A DNA stretch of 64,000 nt from the human T2T-CHM13v2.0 reference genome, Homo sapiens, in assembly GCF_009914755.1 (NCBI RefSeq), contig NC_060932.1, one strand, 5' to 3'. Under the pieces are notes generated by a model. It was given only the letters and a program-made list of their open reading frames with translations, was not told where the DNA came from and did no database searches. Shown here in pieces: positions 11,905 to 22,859 of this stretch; position 1 is the stretch's first letter, and the number at the start of each line of letters is the position of its first letter. The position numbers were made by a program, and so were the translations under genes.

Positions 11905-12530
11905 AGTTAACATAAACATTACCTCGCACATGTAGTTTTTATGGTGAGAACTCTTAAAATCTACTTTCTTGGCAATTTTCAAGTATACAATACATTGTTA
12001 CTAACTATAGTCACCATGATGCACAATAGATCTCTTGAACTTATTCATCCTGCCTAACTGAAATTTTGTGTCCTTTGACCAACATCTCCCCAGTCCTCCA
12101 GCCCCTGGTAGCTGCCCTTCTACTGTCTACTTCTGTGAGTTCCACCTCTTTAGGTTTCACATATGAGTGAGATCATGCGGCATTTGTCTTTCTGTGTCTG
12201 CTTATTTCACTTAATACAATGTCTTCCAGGTTCATCTATGATGTTGCATATGACAGGATTTCCTTCTTTTTAAGGCTGAATAGTATTCATATATATATAT
12301 ATACCACATTTAAAAAATTCATTCATCCATTGATGGACGCAAGTTGATTCCATGTCTTGGCTATTGTGAATAATGCTGCAATGAACACAGAATGCAGATA
12401 CCATTTCAACATACTGACTGCATGTCTTTGGCTATATGCCCAGTAGTAGGATGGCTGGGTCATGTGGTAGTTCTATTTTTAATTTTTTTGAGGACCCTCC
12501 ATATTGTTTTCCATGATGGCTGTACCAGTG
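11905..12530 (-). mobile_element. L1MA (about MA8/9) 3' region
   Basis: ggtgagaactcttaaaatctact...aactatagtcaccatg...aatagatctcttgaacttattc. Confidence 0.85.
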
Positions 12531-15500
12531 TTAGATACATTTCTAATTGGAATGAATTTCAATATTATATTGTTTGAAAGCAAAAGGAAATTTTGGTTCT
12601 GATTAATTCCTCTCTCTTTTTAATTGGTTCAATAATTTTTAAACCCTGGGGTGGGTGGAATGTTTTCAGATTGGCAGTTTTGGGAATGTGAAGACAATTT
12701 GTATTTCCTGGTTTTTGCTTTGTTTTGTTTTATAACTCGGTAGCCATGCTGTCAGCTCAGTGCAAACATCACAGGCAGGATGCAAGCACTGAAGATAATA
12801 GCTTTCTCTTAAAAGTATTGTCGATAAAAACATACCTTTAATGCACTGAAAAGAATAAATTATGCCTCGTAGGGAAACAATAGAAAATATCTCCTTTTTG
12901 GCTTCGTGATCATTTCAGTGTTTGTCATTTCCAGCCACCACAACAAAATGAATCCTGTTTCACATGTTGGTAAGTCCGTCATTCTGTCTGGAGGGAACTG
13001 GGTCTGAAAATTGCACTGGGACTGAAATTGGACGGCAGCATGAAGCTGTTAAAGATAATAGACCTGTGTTAAAACCCACAAATGAATGGAGGCATTCTCT
13101 GGCCTGCAGAAGAGCGCTCATTGTCCTCTGTGGTCCATTTTCCACACGTACAATGTGTTCACAGCTGGCTGTTCTTTCTCTTTTGGGGACACTTGTGAAT
13201 ATGCATGTCCCAAATCATAGGCACAGCTTAAGGGCCAGGAACTCACGTCCATGTCCACTTCCTCAAACATCAGAGAACCCTAATCAGCTTGACACCCACC
13301 ATCCGGTTTCTTCATTCTGGTGGGCCCTGTCTTCCTGGGAATGCACACCTCCGTGAACGGCAATCCAAGCTGATTTGTTTTGAGCAGTCACTAAGATGGA
13401 CATTTCCCCTGGGGTTGAGGATTTTGTTTCAGACAAAAAAGATACATGTAGGAGACAGTCTCACAGTATTTTCTATCTTTTAAAGGTGGAGGTGAAAGCC
13501 AGGGTTGTACTAACAGATTGGGATAGAGCCACTGGAATCTAACTGATGGCTTTTAAGGGAATTTTGCAAGGCTGAAGGTGTGAATACCCCTGAATAAAAA
13601 CAGCTGCTGTCTTCATTTTGAATGGATGCTGAAATCACTGCCATTTCCTCCAGGGGCTTTTAGTGCTGTGCATTTTAAGAGTGGCGGGTTCAAAAAGTCA
13701 TGAAAATGTGTTACTTGGCTTTCCGATGGAAAGTAATAGAATTTCTGAACTTTAGCTAGCCATCTCTGAACATCACAAATTCCTGAAGGGTGTTCACAAG
13801 GAAAACACTAGGAAGTTTGCCCAAATCTCTCTGGTAGGTGCACATGTGGTAAAGCGGGTGACTCTTGCTCTTCTCTCTTCTTTGAAGTGTCCTAGTGGGG
13901 ATCTGCTTTTCAAGACCCTCCTCCTGCTCAGCCTCACCCTGACTCCATTCAGCCTCCTTTAGAGGATGAGAAACATCTCCCCAACCAGAGCCGGCTTAGG
14001 CTCCTTTTAATTGCATCATTGGCCTGGTGGGAGGATAGAGAGAAAGGAGAACAAGAGTTCAGCAGAGCCCTGAAAAGGGGGGATGGTAATGGAAGGAGGA
14101 CAGGACTCTGAGCTCCTCGATGGCTAAAGCAAAGAAATGGAATTCTGACACTTGTTGCCTATATCCGCTCTACACAGAGCTCCCTGAGAAGCGCTTGTCT
14201 GCCTTGCTCTCTATCTTGCGCGCCATTCCGCTTTTCGCACTATGTGTCCTTGGTTTTCTTCTTGATCTCCCAGTGGTGAGCTTGAAAGTAGCAGCTGTTC
14301 TCTCCGTGCTTGTGCTGGGCCTGCATCTGGCACAGCCATTGGCATACGGAATCCAGTTAACCTTTGGCGAAAAACATGAGCGATATTTATTGCCCCTTTT
14401 CAAACCTCAATTATAACAAATTGCAATTATGTGGTGCCTCGGAAAGGCTGCCGTGCACATCACATGCAGCCATTTAGAAAAGAACTCTGGCATCCTAGAG
14501 CAGCAAATTTGGAAGGAGGACATTCTGAGGCCTTTAGGAGATCAACTGTGTGCTGGACGGACTTTTCAAGCCATAATGTAATTATAATGTGTTATAATTT
14601 AACTTTGAAAGGATAGAACAATATCCAAAAGAGGAGATGTGTTGGGCACCAAAATGATCAAAGGAAATCACAGTTGGGAGAAGAATGAAAAGTAGAGGGA
14701 GAAACATGGACACAACATTTAAAAAGTCTGAATTTTTTAAATGCCACCTGTTTTCAGGTATTAACATTGGAGTGATTTTCGTATCTCTACACTCGATGGA
14801 GACTTCACTGTTCCACTCAATTTAACAAAACAAATATGACTTCAAAGTAACTTTGGGTATATTTTATTTAGCATTAGCTGGTACAGCATGATTCTGTTAA
14901 AATACATAAAAGCACTTTCTTCCAATTGCCCAGCCCTTGCCCATTCTGATTTTCTGGTTATCTTTGGATTTATAGCAAAATGTTTGTTTTTCAAAAGATA
15001 AAAATATATGGGGATGTTTATTGGCTGAAGTTCTAGCTAAGTATTAGAATGCAAATTTTATTATGGTTGTAGGTGGCTAGTGGTGAGGTAGATCCACCTT
15101 TAGAACAAGTCTAAAGAATATAGATGAAATAATAGTATGTTGAAAGATCAGTCATTTAAAAACCAGTGGGACGTTGTTGCAATGGTCTGTGACAGTATGA
15201 TTCAGTTACTGCTGAGAGTTCCCAGGAATTTTCAGGATGGCATCTCCAGAGCTAAAGACAATGTACTTGTACTACATAATTTGGTGTCATGCTCTTTTAA
15301 GCAAATCTGAGTAATGAAGAGAAGCATCCAAAAACAAAGAGGAGGATTAGAAACCTAAGACACAAAAATGTTAGCCTAAAGTCAACAGTCTGGGCAACGA
15401 GAGCTCAGGACTGGGTCTTGGAGCCAGTTGCAAAATTAATGCTGAATATCGAAGTTCTCACCACGTTCCTCTGATTCTCCAAAGTGAAATCCTCAGGGGA

Positions 15501-15780
15501 CACCTCTTAGAGGCAAAATTTTTCATTTTGGTGATATGTTTGAGGAAATATCAATACCCCGATAACATCCTAAAAAGAAAATGCTGTATAAAATAAAACA
15601 TTTCTGCTGTCATCATCCTTAATCCACTTTAAATCTTAGTGCTAGGCTAACGGTATGAAGAAAAATAAAATCTATTTTCTGTCTTAAAGGAGTTTGTTGA
15701 ACATGATATACATACATACATATACACACATTCTTAATCTAAAATAGAATATGGTCCTATGCCAAAGGACCAATATGTGC

Positions 15781-16150
15781 AATAATAATTGCTAATATTT
15801 ATTGGGCACTTAATGGTAGGCCCTGTTCTGAGTTCTCTTGAAGGCATCAATTTTTTCACAAAAATTGTATGGATTTGGCACTATCATTTCAATCATGCAG
15901 GTGAGGAACTTGAGACACAGAGAAATTAAAAAAAGAAAAAAAAGAAAGTTTGACCAAATCAGAGCTAATAAATTCATTTTACTTTTTCCATATTAGTCAG
16001 GTTGGTCTTGAACTCCTGACCTCAGGTGATCCACCCACATCAGCCTCCCAAAGTGCTGAGATTACAGCCATGAGCCACCGCACTCGGCCTAGAGCTGATA
16101 AATTCAGATCCAACATCCAGATTCCACTCTCTGGCTCTAGAGCTCCCACA
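15781..16150 (-). mobile_element. MIR, interrupted by a short Alu
   Basis: gctaatatttattgggcactta...caggtgaggaacttgagacacagagaaattaa...ctggctctagagc. Confidence 0.65.
15977..16089 (-). mobile_element. Internally deleted AluS (5' ~100 nt plus tail remnant)
   Basis: ggtcttgaactcctgacctcaggtgatccaccc...gagccaccgcactcggcc; TSD agagct(a/g)ataaattca at 15961-15976 and 16091-16106. Confidence 0.85.
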
Positions 16151-17365
16151 CATCTCAATGACTGTCGAGAGAGAACAATGCAAGATTAATACCTCTTTAA
16201 TTCAGTAGGACCAGGCAGGGCAAGAGGCTTAGCTCAAAATGGCAGGGTTAGACAGCTCCAGGGAATGGAGTAATCTGGTTCTACTGGATAACCTCTCCCT
16301 CTTCCATGACTCTTTAGCAATCTGCTCAGCCCTCAATTCTGGCATGTGGCTGTATAGACTGGAGTTTGTGCAGCTGTCCCTAATCTCAGCTGTCCAAGCA
16401 TGGAGCAGAGGACCCGCATATAATGGGGTACTTCATAAATACATGAATAAATGAATATCCAACTAGGAACTGAGATCGTACTTTTTCCCTTTTTGAAGGA
16501 GCTAATTTTATTTTTTTTCTTGGTTCCCATACTTGCCTTAACTGTAGCCATGGGACTTGCTTCTTTGGTAAGTAGTAATATTAAAACCATTTTAAATTGA
16601 AGTTTTGCAGAAAGCATACTATTTGGGGACTGGCCAGAAAAAAAAAAAAGGTGTAATTCCAAAGAAAGTGGAAAAGTACCACATAGACTGGATAAAATGG
16701 AAAATTATATTTGTGTGACCTACTGTGTTACCAAAAGGCAAATGTGGATTTCGTTGGCTTGGATTTGCTCATCTGCTGCTACACCTCCTTCTCGATGCCT
16801 CTTTAGTGGCAATTTTCTAAACTATCTTTATGTTCAAGGTTTTAATAAAAACAAATCCTCTGTTAAGCTACATTTGAGAGTGCATTTCTACTGAGGAGCA
16901 TTGGCCCCTGATTGCCTATCCACAAGAGCCAAGATGAGGCAAGTTCCACTTGGTTTCTCAAGGCAGTAGGCCCCATACACTTGCTACTCATTTTCCTTTA
17001 TTATAATCTTTGGGACAATATTTTCCCATTATTGACAATAACTCTTATGAAAACTCCTTATAAAATCACATTTACTTTTTTATTTTCATTCTCAAAGCAA
17101 AGGCTGGGCTGACATTTTCAATATTCAAGAATCCCAATACGACAAGTGCAATGTAGTAGGACGCTCTGATAGGCTGAAGGGCATTTGGAAAGCTCACGGA
17201 TGCAGAGGACACCCTTTTCTAAAAGCAGATGGGTGCTCAGGAGCAGAAGCAACAATTAAAAGTCCTGGCTGAGAAAGAAACTCCTAATTACATTTGGATG
17301 ACTTGATGTTCCCTCGAATATGGTGCCTGCTCTTTTCTTTCTTCCTTGATTGGAGCCTCTAGGGA

Positions 17366-17378
17366 TGTGTGTGTGTGT

Positions 17379-17420
<42 letters not shown>
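17366..17420. repeat. (TG)n microsatellite
   Basis: Read directly. Confidence 0.95.
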
Positions 17421-17423
<3 letters not shown>

Positions 17424-17928
17424 GTTTGACAACATGTGTTGCTATTACTCAGTTGTTTTAGGGAAAGAATAGTCTTTGAAAAGGGAAGAGATGGGGGAAA
17501 GAAAGAGGTAGAGAAGAGGAAAGGTGACTGAACAGTTTCTATTCCTACCTGGAGAGGGCTGTAGATGGTGGCAGCAGGTGTCAGAGAAATGAGATCTTGT
17601 GGCTGGCAGGATCCCTTGGGGAGAGGCTCAGGAGAAGGCTTAGCTTGACTTGTGGGGACAGATATTTCAGGGAACTCAGCCAGCTCAAGAGTGATGCTGC
17701 TGCACCAAACCTATATGTGATTTTTAATTATTTTAATTGTTTATTCGAGAGAGTGCATTTATCTCTCTTCTGAGTTACTTTAAGAAGTATATTGGCCTAA
17801 TGGACTAAAAGGTAAATCTTTGTCCATCCAGTCCCAAAAATAAATAAGTAAATAAATAAATGAACTTCCAATTTTCCTGTATTGGGCATTTCCCTGAAGA
17901 GTTATTCGCAAATGGTATAGAATGTCAG

Positions 17929-18060
17929 TCAGCGTTTCTTAACCCAGGGTGCCTGCGACTCACTCTAAACGATTACATCAGAATTTCAGGGGGTAAAGCA
18001 AGGGCATTAGTGTCTTAGAAAAACTCCCCAGAGGTGAAGCCAGGGCTGAGAAGCACTGCT
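17929..18060. mobile_element. MER5-like DNA transposon fragment
   Basis: cagcgtttcttaaccc...aaaactcccca...gccagggctgagaagcactg termini. Confidence 0.55.
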
Positions 18061-19132
18061 GCAGACATTTGCACAGACTCTTCTCTTGGTCTGAAAGTCT
18101 CCTTGGTCTGAAAGAGCAAGGAGACTTCACACAGAGAAGCAGAGGTCGCAGTTGAGGAAACTAAATAGGGTGAGAAAATAACAGGGATGGGAGTCTTCTG
18201 GGGACCCTTAAAGCCTTATAGATATGTTGCGCTCGCTACAATATAATAATAAAGATTCCCAGCCAGTCCTAATGATGACCTTTTACATGTATCTAATTAA
18301 AAGGCAGCACACAATTAATTTCTGTTTGTTATCCCTTCTCACTAGGAAACCATCAATATTATCCTTCCCTGATGCCTCCTTGTAAACTAGTTTTGACTTT
18401 TTTCCCCCAGATAAAGTATTCATTTGACAAACACTGAGCCCCTCCCTGTGTAAGGCATGGTGCCAAGAGCATTGCAGATCATAGTCCTGCAATCATGGGT
18501 TTCCATCTAATGGCAGAGACAGTCACACAAATAATGTCTCATCTAACTGTGTAAGCACAAATGTGATCAATGTTCAGAGAGAACAGGGTGCCAATGAATG
18601 GAAAGCAATTGTTGCAGATCTACTCTGAGGCAGATAGTTAAGATCTCCATCTAAAAGAGCAAGGGTTGTTCTGGACCAAGAGAAAACAGCCTGTGCAGGT
18701 GACTGCAAGTGGTAAAAGACATCGCATATTAAGAGAGCTTAAGAAGGGTAATGAAGCTAAAAAACAAGAGTTTGAGTAGAGAATAATCCCCCATGTTGTA
18801 CAACTAACTCTAAGGAGCATGAATCACAAGAGAGGGCTTTGGCAGCACCAAGAGGGGACCCCTAGTTGCCTGAGATGAAGGCACAGACATGCTGAGCCTT
18901 GTAGGTCATCCTAAGAAATAGCAGTAGCAGGCCATGGAGGCTTTCAGCCAAGGAGCATCTCAGCAGTTTTGTCTCTGAAGAAATTCTCTCTGCTTGTCAG
19001 ACTGCAAGGAGTGGAGGATTGCAAACCTGAATTCAGGAGAGACCAGTCCTGACGCTACTTCCTGCAGAGATGAAGATGACTGAATTAGAGAGGTGATGGT
19101 GGAAACGAGACCTGACACATTGAAAGCTGTCA

Positions 19133-21085
19133 CTGCACAATCTCACTTACCTGTGAATTCTAAGAAATTGTACTCAAAGGAGCAGAGAGTAGAGTGATGG
19201 TTACCAGGGGTTGGCATGTGGGGGGCTGGGGATATTAATATATGTTGGTCAAAGGATATAGAATTTCAGCTAGATAAAAGGGATAAATTCAAGATTATCT
19301 GTTATACAACATGTTGTACATGTTTGTTAGATGTTTATACATGTTTATTTTATTAGCTCAATTTGGCCATTCCATTATATATATATATATATATATATCC
19401 TGAAGTATACATTGTGGAATAGCCAAATTGAGCTAATTAACATGGGACTTGGTAGTGCAAGTATTTCTTTGACATACTGATTTCATATCCTTTGGCTATA
19501 TACTCAGAGGTGGGATTGCTGAATCATATGATAGTTCTATTTTTAATTTTTTAAGGACCCTACCTACTGTTTTCCATAATGGCTGTACCAATTTACATTC
19601 CCACCAGCAATGTACAAGGGTTCCCTTTTCTCCATATTCTTTCCATTAACATATGCATTGCCTCACCTACTTGTCTTTTTGTGATTAGAACACAAAATCG
19701 ACTCTCAGCGATTTTCAATGTACAATACATTGTTATTAACTATAGTCAGCATGTTGTATAATAGACTCCTGACTTTATTATTCCTATGAAACTGAAAATT
19801 TGAATCCTTTAACCAACATCTCCCCAAACGCAACCATTGTCCCCAAATCCCTGGTTTCCACTATATTACTCTCTGCTTCCATGAGTTTGGCTTTTTTATG
19901 TTCTACATATATGTGATATCATGCAATATTTGTCTTTCTGTGTCTGCTTATTTAACTTAGCAAAATGTTCTCAATCATAGGTGGGAATTGAACAATGAGA
20001 ACACTTGGACACAGGAAGGGGAACATCACACACTGGGGCCTGTCATGGAGTGGGGGGAGGGGGGAGGGATAGCATTAGGAGATATACCTAATGTAAATGA
20101 TGAGTTAATGGGTGCAGCACACCAACATGGCACATGTATACATATGTAACAAACCTGCACGTTGTGCACATGTACCCTAGAACTTAAAGTATAATAAAAA
20201 ATAATAATAATAATAACTTATCATAACGTCCTTCAGGTTCATTCATATTGTTGCAAATGACAGGATTTCCTACTTTTTATGGCTGAATAGTATTTCCTTG
20301 TGTAGATATGCCTCATTTTCTTTATCAGTTTATCTACTGATGGACATTTAGGTTGATTTCATATTTTGGCTATTGCGAATATTGCCTCAGTGAACGTGGG
20401 AGTGCAGGTATCTCTTCGACATACTGATTTCATGTCCTTTGACTATATACCCAGAGATGGGATTGCTGGATCATGTGGTAGTTCCATTTTTAACTTTTTG
20501 AGGAACTTTTGTACTGTTTTTCATAATGGTTGTACTAATGTACATTCTCACCAACAGTATACAAGTGTTCCCTTTTCTCCATATCCTTGCTAACACTTGT
20601 CATTTTTCATATTTTTGATAATACTTGTCCTAGAAGGTATGAAGTAATATTACATTGTGGTTTTAATTTTTATTTCCCTGATGATTAGTGATGTTGAGCA
20701 CCTTTTCATGTATCTGTCGGCCATTTGTATGTCTCCTTTTGAGAAATGTTTATTCAGGTCCTTTGCCCATTTAATTGGGTTGTTTTCTTGCTATTAAGTT
20801 GTTTGAGTTCCTTATATATTTTGGATTTTCACCCTTTGTTAGATGTATGGTTTGCAAGTATTTTCTCCCATTCTGTAAGTTGTCTTTTCACTCTGTTCAT
20901 TGTCTCCTTGGCTGTGCAGAAGCTTTTTAGTTTGAGATAATAGCACTTGTCTTTTTCCCTTTTCTTGCTTGTGCTTTTGGAATTTCATTAAAAAAATTAT
21001 TGCCCAGACTCATTTCATGGAGCTTTTCCCCTATAATTTGTAGTTGTCAATTAAAAAATAATAATTTTTCAAAAGAAAAAAATGA
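19133..21085. mobile_element. Nested L1 composite: L1MA 3' end (+; 19133-19375 and 21032-21085) enclosing an L1MA (-; about 19400-21034)
   Basis: Outer TSD aaagct(g/a)tca at 19123-19132 and 21086-21095; L1 3' UTR motifs on both strands. Confidence 0.8.
19965..20214 (+). mobile_element. L1PA4-like 3' end, 5'-truncated, nested in the L1MA
   Basis: ggtgggaattgaacaatgagaacacttggacacaggaagggg...gtaccctagaacttaaagtataataaaaa(taa)n. Confidence 0.92.
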
Positions 21086-21762
21086 AAAGCTATCAGGATA
21101 TAAAACCAACAGAGTTGGGCCACTGATTGGATATGGGTGAGAGGAGGAGGAGGGAAAAGAGGGTCAAGGACACCTCTCAGATTTCTGCATGAAAACCTGT
21201 GCTTGGGGTGGTGCCATCCCCTGAGGTGGGGAACAGTGAGAGGACCAGGTTTGGGTGGGCAGATGGTACAGGAAACATACCAGGAAGGTTTTTTTGTTTT
21301 TGTTTTTTAGGTTTTATTTTTTCATTTTTCTGTTTGATCTTCCATCTTAATGTTCAGAACCTTCTTAATTTTCTGTTTGGAATCAGTAAGAAACAATCTG
21401 AATTACTTTGCAATTCTAATGTTCTTGATCCCAAACTCCCATACTCCCCTGGTTTGGAAACGCCAAAAGTCAGAAATAGTAATCCAGAATAAGGCTTCAT
21501 AAATGGAAGTTTCACACAGAAGGGATTGCTGGTTGGTAAAGGATTGCCTCCTGGCTCTCTAGCACTCCCCAAACACAGTGTAAGTGTGCACTACCAGCTT
21601 GTGTCTTTTAAGTTCCATGCAAATAACCCCTGAACTGCATCACCGAGGCACATGCTGTCTTTGCCATGTAAGAATTTTTTTCAGGAAGGTTTAATTTTAT
21701 CTCTTGGATAGACTAATACATGTATGGAGTATTAAATTAACTAAAAAGCATTAAACCATAGC

Positions 21763-21960
21763 ATTAATATATGTTGGTCAAAGGATATAGAATTTCAGTT
21801 AGATAAAAGGGATAAGTCCAAGATATCTGTTATACAACACATTGTACATGCTTGTTAGATGTTTATACATGTTTATTTTATTAGCTCAATTTAACCATTA
21901 CATAATATATAGGTATTTCAAAATATCATGTCCTATACCAAATAATAAATACCTATTTAT
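21763..21960 (+). mobile_element. L1MA 3' fragment; local copy of 19234-19380
   Basis: Near identity with 19234-19380 over about 147 bp. Confidence 0.8.
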
Positions 21961-22859
21961 CCTTCTCCTGAGGGTTTTTGACCACTGAAGAGAATCAAGT
22001 ATCCCATTTGGGTCATTGCTGACTTCTCTTTCCAGAGGTCTAGTTAGCGTCTCTCACCCAATACATTTTCTTCAATTCTCTCTATCTCCCAAGTGAGCTA
22101 TTTCTCTTACAACTCTTTGTATTTGGCATTATTTGATTTGTATCAGAACATACTTTTCTCCTTATCATAAACTACTGTGATGATGCATTGCAAGAGGGAA
22201 CCATTTCAATAAACCATTAGGAGATTTTTGGATCCTGAATGGCAGTTTTACCCTGAAGATAAGGTAATGCTGTAATCTACCATCTTGTTAAATGTACACA
22301 CACATTCAAACAATTGTCAGACTGCAGGCAGCTTAGAAAATACATCTTCTCTTTTCCACTCTTACACCATTATGTCTTTGTGCATGTGCCCTGAATTTAA
22401 AGGTAAAGCGAAAATGAACAGAGCAATTATCATGTAGAGTGGAGGAAATTAAGCTGAGTAAAAGCTTTTAGTTAACTATGTGATTCCCAGTCACCCGCAC
22501 GGCAGCAGCAACAGAGAGCTCAGGGGCATCTAGTCATTTCCTGTGATGGCTTCTGCACCTCTCTCTGGCTGTGGAGTTGAATAGTGATTATATACCGCCA
22601 CTCTGGTAGACATGGTGTGCTGAAGGCAGTTCCTAGGTAAGCCTGGGGTGTATGGAAGGTTGGTGAGGAATTGATACATGTCCTCATTTGTCCCAGGAAG
22701 ATGTGGTTGTAACCGTGCTTGGTCAGAAACTTGTTTTCCCTTGCAGATCATTTTATGGGTATCCTCTGAATCTGGTCCCTTCTCTCCACTTGCTCAGGTA
22801 TGGATTTTTTTCTCCAAAAGATCCCACATAGTAGGAGCATCCCAGGATGTTCTAAATAG

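Larger units (their letters stand above)
18415..21270 (-). mobile_element. L2 relic split by an L1 composite at 19133-21085
   Basis: attcatttgacaaacactgagc at the start; resumes after the TSD with ...ttgggccactgattggatatgggtgagaggagg. Confidence 0.55.

Noticed and set aside
11355-11982. Lys/Arg/Glu-rich and Phe/Ser/Leu-rich ORFs
   Set aside because: Translations of the GA-rich low-complexity tract
14120-14416. Hydrophobic 98-aa ORF resembling a membrane microprotein
   Set aside because: No recognisable homology, promoter or splice support; length is within chance expectation
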